From assembly GCF_001194135.2 (NCBI RefSeq), contig NC_068993.1:13067427-13131258 (forward strand): a DNA stretch of 63,832 bases, written 5' to 3'. A model generated the notes under the pieces. That model was not told the origin of the DNA. It saw only the letters and a list, made by a program, of their open reading frames with translations, and searched no databases. This DNA comes from Octopus bimaculoides. Its lineage: Eukaryota. Every line of letters begins with the position of its first letter. The first letter of the stretch is position 1. Position numbers and translations under genes: made by a program. Positions 13,351-26,599 of this stretch are shown piece after piece.

Positions 13351-14159
13351 TGTGTTTGTGTGTGATATCTCCCTCCATTTTAACTCCATTTAAATATCCA
13401 GTATTTTGTTGTTATAAATAAATTCCACAACATTGGGAGCATTTAATGGCTAATAATAATAATATTAATAATAATGGTGATGTTGGTAGTACCAAGGATT
13501 TCTCACATAGGCGCAAGGCTTAGAATTTGTGGCGTCGTCTATATTCTAAATCCGAAATTTTGTGTCAATGTAGGAAATTATTATCATAATGACGAAGATA
13601 GGCTCATCCTTCCGGTGGATATATAAGTACCAGCTAAGTACTGAGGCCAATGAAATTGGTTACATACCCACCCACTCTCCTACAATACTTCATCTTTTTG
13701 TAGCTCCGAGACACTCTTCTAGAAATTGTGTGGCCTTTTTTTCTGCCTATCTTATCAGTTGTCTTTATACGGATGAAGAAAGAACACAAGAATGTGATGA
13801 TGATGATATTCTTGATAACGATGATGGGTACGACGCCAATGATGAGGATGATGATAATAATTATTGAGGATGATGATAATGCTGATGACGATGTATGTTG
13901 GTCGCTATATTTAAGTTCGGAATATCGGAGTGACGCTGTCAATTTATTTATTTATTTGGTTATTTTTCTAGTAGTAGTAGTAGTAGTAGTAGTAGAGTAG
14001 TGTAGTAGTAGTAGTAGTAGTATGATCATTATTAATATTTACCAGTGGGAAAAAAATAATGTGATGTGTTGTGACAACTTGTCAGTAAGGTCGGTTTTTA
14101 TAAAAAAAAAATTGTTGTACACGCCACTCTCTAATTTCTGCGTACACACACATGCATAC

Positions 14160-14229
<70 letters not shown>

Positions 14230-14768
14230 GTAACGGATGTACAATAATGATAGACAAATGAACAGGATTAGACATACACACGCACAAATATGCACGCAAA
14301 GAACTACATACAACACACACACACACACATACTTGAATACGGATCTCCAGCAAAAATCACACAACATACATAGAAATACTCGTACACGGTCGTACAATAT
14401 GTAGGAGTAGACAAGCAGTCGCACGTAACACACATACATACTAGTACAGTAATGTACAACACGCACGCACTCTTTTCTTTACTCTGACAGTTAGAGAGTG
14501 ACGAAAGTCCTTACAAGTATCAAAATTGTAGATTTTATAGTAACTGAACCTCTTGCAGTTTGATTATTTTTGAGCGTCTTTACGGATCCGCCTCCTGTTA
14601 CGAACATGTTTTGAATGATCTCTCCAATACTCAGTTCCTCACAGATGAGCAGGGCAATACTGTTCAACCACATTGGTTCAACATAATGTAGTCAGTAATG
14701 AGACGCCAATGTTGCATCAATGAGATCTGGAGCTTGATTTTCTGGACATAGAGAAAGACGTCTGATAG

Positions 14769-14875
14769 ATACTATTACTATTAGTTTCCCCGATATTATC
14801 TTTCCTGGACAAATCAGTCAGGATTTGAACTTAGCATTTCCTCTCTCAAAGATGGATTTTCTTGCGCGCCAAAAC
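14769..14875 (+). CDS. Candidate coding exon (DTITISFPDIIFPGQISQDLNLAFPLSKMDFLARQN); 5' boundary uncertain
   Basis: Frame is open from 14738 to a strong donor AC|GTAAGT at 14876. Possible acceptors at 14750, 14768 or 14851; no homology recognised. Confidence 0.25.
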
Positions 14876-14923
14876 GTAAGTTTGGTTTTCTACTCCCTGA
14901 GCAAGATTATAAATACAAATATA

Positions 14924-15405
14924 CAGCGTGCGATGAATAAACTGCCGTCTAAATTACTCAGAAATGAAAATAACACTGACATTTCATCTTAAGAGATATA
15001 TTTGCCAAAATTACATAAAAATACCTTGAAATACTTTAGAGTATATTTCTTCGATAAAATCACCATTGGCTTCAACTACGGCCTCCAGACGACTTTGGAA
15101 TATCCTGCAACTCTTCTAAACGGTTTCCTTGTTTAAGGTGGTGAGTGCTACCATAATTTTTACCTTCAGGTCATCTTTGGTGTTGCAAGGAGTTTTGTTG
15201 GTCTCTCGCTTCATTGCCAAGCAATACAGCATGTCGTTTCTAAATTTCTGGCACAATGAATTGCGTCATGGTGCTATTTTTCTCACAGACGGTGCCTATC
15301 TAAACCGCCGCCCCTATACTGTGCAGACGACAAAATCAAAAACAAACAATGCGCATTCGTGAAATTAGAAATATATAATGGCGACAATTTACACATCACA
15401 TCCTG
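14924..15405 (-). mobile_element. Internally deleted Tc1/mariner-superfamily element (~480 bp)
   Basis: TA on both flanks and imperfect TIRs (cagcgtgcgatgaataaactgccgtc vs caggatgtgatgtgtaaattgtcgcc). Minus strand gives transposase C-terminus RETNKTPCNTKDDLKVKIM...SRLEAVVEANG joined to an N-terminal MTQFIVPEI*KRHAVLLG. Confidence 0.85.
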
Positions 15406-16332
15406 TATAAGTATATTAAAGTAGTCTTATAACGCATTTCCCTTTCAAAGGTAGTTTGCCAACCAGATCTAAAGTGCAACTATCTATCTATGCAACTATG
15501 TGGCGCGCCTGACATGAACAGTATCAACCCGCATTAATCAAAGTACAGCAGAACTTGAAAATACAGAAAATGTAGGGAGCTTCATAATTTCTGCATTACA
15601 AATAATAGCTATATCTAGAACTATAAACATTTGCAAACATTCTTAATGTTTAAAGGGAAAACGCTAGCACAGACGAAAAGGACAAGACCTGTTTGATTTT
15701 TATTTCAACGTAGCCTTTTATTTCCTTTAAAATCTTGCACCGAAGTGTTTAACCGCTCATAATAAAATAAAATGTCAGTCAAGGAAGAGAAATTTCCATA
15801 GATATATGCATCTCTACAATACATTGTTTTCTCTCCACGTGAAGCAGACGGTCAAAATATAACGATATAACATTGGTTAGATTGTACCATTCACTGGTAA
15901 TATCATACAAACGAGATAGGAGAAAGAAAGGAAAAGCAATACAAAGAACAACAAACACACAAACAAACATGGAAGATGGCGTGAACATTAGGTGGCAATG
16001 TGTGTGACATATTTGGGTTAATTACATCACTGGCAATGACAATTCTTATTAACTGCAAATAACAGCAATAAATGATAAGAAGAAAATAAATGAACGAATA
16101 AACTGATTCAAACACACAAATATTCGTTAGTACACATTTGTATACATATGGCAGTGCTCCAGTATGGCTGTAGCGGAATGGCTGAAACAAGTTAGGGAAG
16201 AAAAGAATATAAATATTCCTTTGAGTAAGACCAAAGGGTAATTTATATATATNNNNNNNNNNNNNNNNNNNNNNNNNNNNNNNNNNNNNNNNNNNNNNNN
16301 NNNNNNNNNNNNNNNNNNNNNNNNNNNNNNNN

Positions 16333-16369
<37 letters not shown>

Positions 16370-16626
16370 ATATAAACGCACACACACACACACACGCAGA
16401 TACATGTGTGGGTGTGGGTGTCTCTGTATGTGTGCGTTTGCATCAATGGTATGTTCACAGAATATATGTGATATTCCTGTCTGCTATATTAATGACAGCT
16501 CGTGACAATCACCACCGCTTCGTCACTAGAAATGTAAGTAACAGAACGTATGATATGAAGAGACAGAAAGAGGAAAAACGGGGAAAATACAGATAGATGA
16601 AAGGAACGTCAGAGTAGAAGCAAGCT

Positions 16627-16658
<32 letters not shown>

Positions 16659-17127
16659 GCTGTGGACAGTGAGGATTATTTTTAGTGTAAACGGAAACTT
16701 ATGGGAAAACATCAACATATTTTGTGAGATAAATTTTTCGGTGTCAGGATTCATAAGCAAGGGACAGAGCAGCTGAGTTGATGTACTTTTAACATAACGG
16801 TACACAATAACTGAAGAGCTTGGTGTTTTATACGCATCCCATCATTGGTGCTGTATACTGGCGTGGTGACTCACATAATGGTAATAATCAACCCGATGCC
16901 GTTATTTCAAATTATCTAAACACTGAATAATTTCCTCAAATACTCCTATACATTTATGAGAATAAGCACAAAACCAAAAGTTAATAATTTGAATGGATTT
17001 AATACGCGTGTTTCTAGTAATTATGTAAAATAGACCTACATAATATTAGGTTCTTCAGTGAACATTTCAATACACACATACATATATGAAAAGGAGGAAC
17101 AGGATCGCTCCTATTATTGGATTGATA

Positions 17128-17482
17128 TTTCCTACGGTCATGCTGAGGCACCGCCTTAAATAATTTTTGGCCGAATGGATTTTTTCTTTTCAATTAAGTA
17201 TCTTTTTTTTTTTATTTATGTCTGGTACTTATTCTGTCGGTGTCTTTGCCAAACCACTAAGTTACGGGGACGTAAACGAACCAACACCGATTTTTAAGTG
17301 GTGGTAGAACACGCACACACATGCGCGCACACACACACACGCACACACACTCACACACGGCTTTGATCGGCCCAAGGTTATAGTAAGAAGACACTTGCCC
17401 AAAGTTCCATTCACTGAGACTGAACCCGGAACCCTGTGGTTCTGAAGCAAGCTTCTGACCATGCAGCCACTGCTGCGCCTAT
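17128..17482 (-). mobile_element. SINE family A, diverged
   Basis: Tail gctgaggcaccgcc, internal (CA)n, head gaagacacttgcccaaag..ctgaacccgg..cagccactgctgcgcct. Confidence 0.85.
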
Positions 17483-18678
17483 CAATGTATAAAAGGAGGA
17501 GAAATGATACATAAAATGCTGTAGTCTTGAATACATGCACAGCAAAGACCGAATCGTTACGTTTTGGATACTTTGACTATTATGCTGTTCAAAGAAATTT
17601 GACTAGGGGCAAAAACAGCAAGAGCTGGGTTTCAAGTAAATGGACAATACCATTCACTCATCAAATCGTTTAGCCTTATACTTATCTTAGACATCATTAT
17701 TATAATAGTCAGTTGAAACACATCACACAATAACTTCTGCTTGTGATAATGATTTGTTTTGTTTGTTTGTTTTTTTTTTTTAATTTTGTCTTCTCCATGT
17801 TTCCTTTCTTTCTGTGCGTTGTATGTTTTTGGTGTTTTATTAACAATGAGCCGATAGTCTTCGGCGTCACTGTTTATCAAATTTAACCATTTACACTCAA
17901 TATTGGACATTCTTACGTTGTGAAAAGGTCAGAGTTTATATCGACCAATATATTAAGGCGAAACAACATTAAGTAATTGGTAATGAACATTTTAAAACTT
18001 CCATTTTAGACACTTGTCTTTTAAAAGATTCACACACATACAACACACATATGCAACACACATACATATATTTTATTATATTACGTAATACATTTACATG
18101 TAATAAGCACACAACCATACAAGTTCTTATACAATATTCTCTTCCTTACATACTTGCATAGTCTGTATGTCCATGTATGCATGCATGTTTGTATTATATA
18201 TTTCTAGTACATTATCTAATTATCATTGAGTAATTTTTTTTAACGTCATCCTCTTTGTTTCTCTATCTGTATTAATGTGGAAGTATTTACAAATACACAC
18301 AACATAAATATGTACATACGCATACATGGTGGCATGTACACTTGTATATGTGTGTGAGGGGAGTGTGTGTGTATTTGTACCTAAAATGAGAAGGAAAGAG
18401 GGAGAGAAAGAAGGGAAGGGGATAGACGAAAAACTGCGTACACATTGAGAAAAGATATGAAGCTAGACAAATAACATTTAAGTAAAATAGCTTAATATTA
18501 GGCAATAATTGCATAGGCATGTGTATGTGCGTGTGTGTGTGTGTGTGTGTGTATGCCGATATATCAATATAAGCAAATGCCCGCGAATACATGCAATACA
18601 TAAATATGCGTATAGATATATATATATATATATATTTGCGCGCGCGAGAGTCTCCTGGGCGGGTCTATATATGTATAG

Positions 18679-18731
<53 letters not shown>

Positions 18732-19250
18732 CTCTACATCATATCTATCATGTGTAAAGCTGGAGGTGATACAAGACAAGTCTTTGTAAGCCATTTTAAG
18801 TTGAAAGGTGAAAGGTCATTACAACGCTGATAAATGTTGCCGAGCGAAAAGATCAAGGGTTCGCGCTAAAAAATAAATAAATAACTAACTAAATAAATAA
18901 ATAAATAAATAATAAAAAAAATTTGAGAAACAAAAAAAATCTGTGGTGAAAGAGGAAGAGAGAATAAGAATAGAAAAGAACATAATTGTAAAACGTAATA
19001 AACCAAAATAATACAAATGATGATAAAATAAAACTAAAAAAAAAGCTGAGAGTATACAAAAGAAAGAAAGAAAGGAAGGAGGAAAGAAAGGACAATGAGT
19101 AATGTTAAATTGGTCTTCTCTTATTGCTCCAAAAATAACGCATACTATATGATGAACAAACATGTCACCCGTACGTGTTTGTATGCTCGTAGTCTATGTA
19201 CGAATGTATGCCTGTGTGTTTGTGTGTTTGTATGTGTGTGTGTGTGTGAT

Positions 19251-19610
19251 GTTTTATCTTGTTTCAGCCATGGACTGCGGCCATGTTGGGGGCACCTCTT
19301 GATTCAAGGCTTGAGGCGAACACATCCAGCCCAGGAGTTATTTTTAAACCTGTTACTTTAGTCGATCGTTCTTTTCTGCCCGAACCGTTCAGATTGCAGC
19401 GACTGAAACAAAACTAAAACCGGGCGTCAAATTATGGTTGAACGCACGGGCACAAACACACACACACACGACCGGCTTCGTTTCGGTTTCCTTCAACCAG
19501 ATATCCTCACAAGGCTTTCATGAAGACGAGTCTATAGTCGAAGACACATGCCCAGGGTTCTGCGCAGTGGAACTGAACCCGAAGCCATGTGGTTGGGAAA
19601 CAACCGTATT
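19251..19610 (-). mobile_element. SINE family A, diverged
   Basis: ttgtttcagccatggactgcggccatg through gaagacacatgccc and ctgaacccg. Confidence 0.8.
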
Positions 19611-19659
19611 AACACACACACACACACACACACACAAACTTCAACAGAACTATAATAAT

Positions 19660-19800
19660 CGGAAAATCTTTTCTACTATAGGCATAAAGCCTGGAGTTTT
19701 GGAGGGAGGGTGATAGTTGATTACATCGACCCCAATGTTTCACTCGTACTTATTTCATCGACCCCGAAAGGATGAAAGACAAAAGCTGCCCCAGCATGAA
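19660..19800 (-). mobile_element. SINE family D, 3' part
   Basis: tacttatttcatcgaccccgaaaggatgaaagacaaa. Confidence 0.8.
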
Positions 19801-20339
19801 CGTAGTCCATCGACTGAGACCACTGAAAGNNNNNNNNNNNNNNNNNNNNNNNNNNNNNNNNNNNNNNNNNNNNNNNNNNNNNNNNNNNNNNNNNNNNNNN
19901 NNNNNNNNNNNNNNNNNNNNNNNNNNNNNNNNNNNNNNNNNNNNNNNNNNNNNNNNNNNNNNNNNNNNNNNNNNNNNNNNNNNNNNNNNNNNNNNNNNNN
20001 NNNNNNNNNNNNNNNNNNNNNNNNNNNNNNNNNNNNNNNNNNNNNNNNNNNNNNNNNNNNNNNNNNNNNNNNNNNNNNNNNNNNNNNNNNNNNNNNNNNN
20101 NNNNNNNNNNNNNNNNNNNNNNNNNNNNNNNNNNNNNNNNNNNNNNNNNNNNNNNNNNNNNNNNNNNNNNNNNNNNNNNNNNNNNNNNNNNNNNNNNNNN
20201 NNNNNNNNNNNNNNNNNNNNNNNNNNNNNNNNNNNNNNNNNNNNNNNNNNNNNNNNNNNNNNNNNNNNNNNNNNNNNNNNNNNNNNNNNNNNNNNNNNNN
20301 NNNNNNNNNNNNNNNNNNNNNNNNNNNNNNNNNNNNNNN

Positions 20340-20430
20340 TGCTCAAGGACACAGCGCGTCGCCAGGAATTGAACTCACGACCTTATTATCGTGACCCGAA
20401 TATCCTAACCACTAGGTCACGTGCCTTCAC
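20340..20430 (-). mobile_element. SINE family B head
   Basis: gctcaaggacac...gaattgaactc...taaccactaggtcacgtgccttcac is the reverse complement of a tRNA-like head. Confidence 0.8.
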
Positions 20431-20460
20431 TTTCTCTAAGTATACTCTAAGTATTCTACC

Positions 20461-20513
<53 letters not shown>

Positions 20514-21629
20514 AGTGAGTGTGTGTGTGTCTGTGTGTGTGAGTACGCATACAGGCACATACATAGAAATTTTCTTTTTGACGTGGAACGTGTACAATTA
20601 ACACAGACTCCCAACCAACACGTAAGAACATTTCCACGAGTCTATCTCTGTTGCTGACATCCAGCATTCACATTTCTCTAGTTTTTTTTCTCTCCCATTC
20701 ATTCCTTCTCCGTCCCCTCCATCTCTCTTCTTTTTGTCTCTCTCTATCAGTTTTCTCTATCTAAATTATTGCTCCTGTCTTTGTATTTCGTGTTCCGTGT
20801 CAATAAAAAAATATACAAGTTCATCGCAAGCCACCCAAGTCCGGTTATATTGTAACGTACACTCCTCGTTATCTTGGCTGCTGTTGCCGTCAATGTTCTT
20901 ATCATATTTAAAGTAGTAGTGGTAGTAGCAGTAGTAGTAGTAGTAGTAGTAGTAGTAGATCTGCTAAAAGAGATCTATAGACGTGTATATTTTTTTGTAG
21001 ATTTTTCTCATTACAAGAAGCAATCTGGAAATATTAGTGATAGCCGCCTAGCTTAGTGGCTGCCCTTACAGCAGAATGGCCAGGCTGCTGGGAAAATGCC
21101 TTGCGGTATTCGATGTAGAGACAAAAGAAACAGTAAGATGATGCATGTTGATTTTATTAGGTATTTCTGTTTATTTAGAAACCTACAATGAACACGTCAT
21201 TTCACTGACGCTAAACTTATAAATTTCACAGGGTCCAACCTTAAAGTTGACACCGCTCCGCTAAACGCAGCAGATTTTTGTCTCGCTATTGGCTAAAAAT
21301 ACACAGTTTTTCCGATTTCTAAACCTCTGTAACTTTTTCCTCCAATTTTTTTTTCTCCACAACATCATACCTTCATAGCAATGAGATTGGAAAACTACAA
21401 AATTATAGCCGATTTTCAGATTTTTTACTTCCATCTAAAAAGTGCATATTTGGACTAGATCCATAAGTAGATTATGATTGTGGTAGATTTGGCAGCTATT
21501 TCTAGCATATTTTAGCATATTTTATCCACTTTAATACTACTCTGCAAAAATTGTTGAATGCTAGCTGGAAGCAAGCATTAACAGAAACAAAAAAAAAGGA
21601 ATAAGATAGGCAGCAGCAACAGCAGTATC

Positions 21630-21663
<34 letters not shown>

Positions 21664-21979
21664 TGAATACAATCAACTTAAGTCATCAGTCAGTGAAGAG
21701 AAGTAAAGAGTGGCACGTTATCTGTAGATCACCATAAATGAGACCTCTGTTACCATATGCTTGACAAAACCACATGGTGCCAACTTTGAATATTGGCCAT
21801 GACGCCAATTTGGGATTGACTGGAAAAACTATTAGGAATAGACAAAATAGATACAGCGATAGACTCACGTTGCTATATACACACAACGAAACTATATACA
21901 CACAACACGTGCTCGACCAGAATAAGAGAGTTATTTTGTGTGTTTGAGTGTGTGTGTGTGTGCACGATCTTGTATGTGT

Positions 21980-22629
21980 CTTTTATCTGCTATTTGTTTC
22001 AATCATTAGAGTGCGGCGATGCAGAGACACTGCCTTCAAGAATTTTTAGTTGCTCAAATCGACCCCAGTATTTTTCTCTCAAAGTCTGGTACTTATTCTA
22101 TTAATTCCATTTAGTAGACCACTAATTTACGAGGATGTAAGCAGACGAACACTGGTTGTGAAACGATAGGGTGGGGGTCAAAGACACAGACACACCATAT
22201 CGGGACAAAATCCACCGAGGAGAAAATCCCACCGGGCAAAAATATTTTTAATTTTATTTATAAAATTTCACTTTCCTGAAGTATGTTTTTCATTGTAAAG
22301 AAATAAAAAATATCCCGGGGGATATATACTGCCGGGAGATTTTGTCCGGGGGGTGGACTTTGTCTGTGGGGAGAGTTTGTCCGGGGGGATATTTTGTCCG
22401 GGAGGATTTTGTCCCGGGGAAATTTTGTCCTCGTGGGGATTTTGTCCTAGTAGCCAGACACACACATGTGTGTACACCTGTGTGTGTGTACACGTGTGTG
22501 TCTGTACACACACACACACACACACAAACAAACAAACGTACACGACGATGTTCCGCAGAGTGGGATTGAACCTGAAAGCCGGTGATTGCAAAGCGAGCTT
22601 CTTAATCACACAGCAATGTCTGCGCCTAT
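21980..22629 (-). mobile_element. SINE family A interrupted by a MITE
   Basis: Tail and body at 21980-22195; microsatellite and head remnant at 22455-22629. Confidence 0.75.
22196..22454. mobile_element. Foldback-type MITE, Mutator/Phantom-like, with 9-bp TSD
   Basis: Both arms are built of ggacaaaatcc units in inverted orientation, with an AT-rich centre. cagacacac is duplicated at 22187-22195 and 22455-22463. Confidence 0.7.
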
Positions 22630-23309
22630 GTAAATACACACACACACACACACGTATGTATGTCTGTAAATACACACGCGCATACACAAAACGCACATCA
22701 TAGCTTCGAATGGAAAGTAAACAAGCATTTCATATACAGAATAGCCGACCGAGAATTCTGTCGGGGTTGCGTTTGTTGAAACATACTTTCAACCAGATTT
22801 TTCCGGCTGACCGAATTATATGACTCTGTTAGGAAAACTCAAAGATGTATTAAAGTACAACTTTTTATCCTATCTATTTTCCATTTTCTTGTTGTTTTTT
22901 TTTTGTTTTTGTTTTTCTTTTTACCAATATTGATCTAGGTCATGCCTACATTTCATTTAATAAATAGGAAATAGATCTAAATTCTTCCGTGTGGATAGGT
23001 CGGCAGTCTATCTAAGTTAACCGTAACAAGCAATCAGATAATTCTATTTCATCCAGAATGCTTCGATAAGTGAAAGCATTTATAACTAAGTGTACTGTAC
23101 AAAGCACAAGAAGAAATATTTGTTCTAAGCTTGAACTCCTGAACTCGTGATTAAACGATTTATCCTGGAATATTTCAATTTTCACAATATTTTGTATGTC
23201 ATGGCTTAACACTAAAGTACGCTATGTATTAAAAGGATGAGTTTGATCATTTCTAATATATTGGATATCAAATATGAAAAGGGCACATTAAGATAAAGTT
23301 AGCTAACAA

Positions 23310-23485
23310 GCGTAGGAGTGGCTGTGTGGTAAGTAGCTTGCTTTCCAACCATAAGGTTCCGGGTTCAGTTCCACTGCGTGGCACCTTGGGCAAGTGTCTT
23401 CTACTATTGCCTCGGGCCGACCAAAGCCTTGTGAGTGGATTTGGTAGGCGGAAACTGGAAGAAGCCCGTTGTAGATATGTACATA

Positions 23486-23528
<43 letters not shown>

Positions 23529-23752
23529 GTGTGCGTGTATGTTTGTGTCTGTGTTTGTCCCTCCACAATCGCTTGACAACTGATGCTGGTGTGTTTACGC
23601 CCCCGTAACTTAGCGGTTCGGCAAAAGGGACCGATAGAATAAGTACTAGGCTTACAAAAAATAAGTCCTCGGGTCGATTTGCTCGACTAAAGGCGGTGCT
23701 CCAGCATTGCCACAGTCAAATGACTGAAACAAGTAAAAGAGTAAAAGAGTAA
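23310..23752 (+). mobile_element. SINE family A, full length, young
   Basis: Complete head, CORE-like box, (TG)n and tail aagtaaaagagtaaaagagtaa; close to the copies at 12158 and 26205. Confidence 0.95.
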
Positions 23753-23894
23753 CATAATTCTATGGACGATCACTTAAGGGAGACAATCCTTAACGTTCCT
23801 GATTCTTTGCTTTCGTCAACGCTAGAGTAATCTTCGTAATTGTTTGATGGTGTTGAATAACTAGGCTATATTGTTTTATGTATCTTTCTTTTAT

Positions 23895-24320
23895 CTTTTA
23901 CTTGTTTCGACGATCCAGTTGCGGCCGCCATGCGGGACCACCACATCGAGTGGAATAGTCAAGTGAATCAACTTAATCACTATTTTTCTTAAGACTAATA
24001 CTTATTCCATCGGACTGTTTTTGCCGAACTGCTAATTTACGGTGATGTAAACAAACCAACACTAGTTGTCAAGCGATGATGTTGGACGAACACAAGACTC
24101 GTACACAGATACCTACATACGGATATACACACGCATACGCGTGCGCATTTGTGTGTGTACTCTACGGGTTTCTTTCAATTTCCGCCTACCAAAATCACTC
24201 ATAAAGCTTTCGTTGGTTCTGACCTAGAGTAGATGATACTTTCCCGAAGTGCCATGCACCGGGACTGAAACCGGAACTATGTGGTTAGGAAGTAAACTTC
24301 TTATCACACGTCCACGACAC
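23895..24320 (-). mobile_element. SINE family A, full length, older
   Basis: All family A modules are recognisable in reverse orientation. Confidence 0.85.
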
Positions 24321-25150
24321 GGAATAAATTCAACAGTATTATTTAACTCTTGTTTCATCTTTCGACTCCGTGAAATCACTTTTTTTTTTTTTTTTTTTTT
24401 CAGTGCTGTAGTCATTGATCTGTTATTTACTCTTCCATTGGTATTGAGTATTCTTTAAACACTGGTGTCTTCTTTTGCATTCTAAAAGTTTTACTATTTC
24501 TACATATATTTCTCCTTCACCCTTCCTCACCCCCCCCCCCATATATATATATATATATGTACAGACACATACACGAATGTGAATATCTTAGAATTGGATG
24601 TCATGTTTAAATATCTGTATTTGTCTACTTATATATATTTATATATATATCTATCTATCTATCTATCTATATATATACACACACATACATATACATGTTC
24701 TTGTGTTTGGCAAGTGTAATAAATTGTCAGGCGACAGAAATATCACAACGAATATAAAACTAATGAGGAAGCATTGACTTTAATATACAGTTCTTATGAC
24801 GTTAGTTAAGTTTATGGCAGTCACTTAATCTCACCGTTGGTTACCAAATTATGAGAAAACAGCAGGATATTGTTATTTTCAGCGAACATTTGCGAAAAAT
24901 ATATTCCTTTATTTTTATTCATTTACTGATTTTTGTCATTGAAGTGCGGCCATGCTGTGGAATCCGTCTTATTGACTCCACTGTTTATTTCGGTCTGTTA
25001 CTTCTTGATACTACTTTTATCGAACCCTCTTTATGAAAAGCTAAGTTAGTTTTATTTGGAAGCATGTAACGAAAGGCAATGTAGTCTTGCCAGCATACAC
25101 TGTCATAGCCACACGCTATATCTGTCTGTCTGTCTGTCTGTATGTATGTC

Positions 25151-25183
<33 letters not shown>

Positions 25184-25199
25184 AGATAGATAGATAGAT

Positions 25200-25255
25200 G
25201 GATACATTTCTTTTATTAGCCACACAGGGCTCAACAAAGATGGGACAACAATGTA
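25200..25255 (-). mobile_element. Extremely 5'-truncated LINE-like 3' end with tetranucleotide tail
   Basis: Minus strand ..gttgagccctgtgtggctAATAAAagaaatgtatc runs into ATCT/AGAC/GGAC repeats. Confidence 0.45.
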
Positions 25256-26204
25256 GATGGATGGATGGATAGATAAATAGATAGGTAGATGGATGGATTG
25301 ATTGATTAGTAGGTAGATGGATGGATGGATGGATTGATAGATAGATAGACAGACAGACAGCGACAGACAGTTTGTGTGGTCGCTAATATTTACAACTCAA
25401 GCATTGCTTTTTATTCGTGATTGAATTTAGACTTACGGACACATCGTCGTGGCAAACCAGCAAATGGTTTTCACTCTGCTCGATTCAGATAACTGATACT
25501 GTTAAGCCATAAAAATAACGCCTGTCTATGACTTTAAGCTGTTTTGACACGCAGCTCTTTGAGAGAGTCATCTCCACTGCCCTATGATGCAGCGTACCGT
25601 TGAACAAGCAAAACACATGCCTTGAATATGTGCGATCGATAATGTTTACCACAGTAACGCTGCTTTTCTATAATTAATTGAATATATGTATATATGTATA
25701 TAAATATGTGTTCCCTCCACAAACTATAGACTCACATATAAATGCAGTAAACTACCACTCTATCACCCTGTGTAATGTTCATAATAACACCAGAAGCACT
25801 GAAATCGAAGCATTTTCCCAACATATTTTTTTATCAAAGAGGTGCAACTATTTTTCTGATCCTAGCAATTTTCTGTTATCTGCTCGTATGCTGTGAATTG
25901 AGACTATCCTGCTTAAACTAACTATATTCAACAAGTAATAGACTGAACAGATGTTTCCTCAGATATTTCTTAGTTCAAATATTTCTGAGATCTATATCAA
26001 ATCCTGCCAATGTTGCTTTATACGTATCATATTATATACTGGAGCCTTCGTGGCTGTTTGTTAGAGAAATTTGCATCGCAACAACGCCATATCTAGGATC
26101 GTCTTCGTTGAAGTTCATCCCGGGCAAAGGGACTTACACTCTAATAATCGGTAGAACATACCATTGAGAGTAAAATCTAGGAATCAAAATCTGCTTGGAA
26201 ACCT

Positions 26205-26599
26205 ATTACTCTTTTACTTGTTTCAGTCATTTGACTGCGTCCATGCTGGAGCACCGCCTTTAGTCGAGCAAATCGACCCCATGACTTATTCTTTGTAAGA
26301 CTAGTACTTATTCTATTGGTCTCTTTTGCCGAACTGGTAAGTTACGGGGACGTAAACACACCAGCATCGGTTGTCAAGTGATGCTGGAGGGACAAACACA
26401 GACACACACATACATAAATATATATACATATATACGACGAGCTTCTTTCGGTTTCCCTCTACCAAATCCACTCACAAGGCTTTGGTCGGCCCGAGGCTAT
26501 AGTAGAAGACACTTGCCCAAAGTGCCATGCAGTGGGACTGAACCCGGAAGCATGTGGTTCGTAAGCAAGCTACTTACCACACAGCCACTACTTCGCCTA
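26205..26599 (-). mobile_element. SINE family A, full length, with 10-bp TSD
   Basis: ttggaaacct occurs at 26195-26204 and 26600-26609. Confidence 0.95.
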
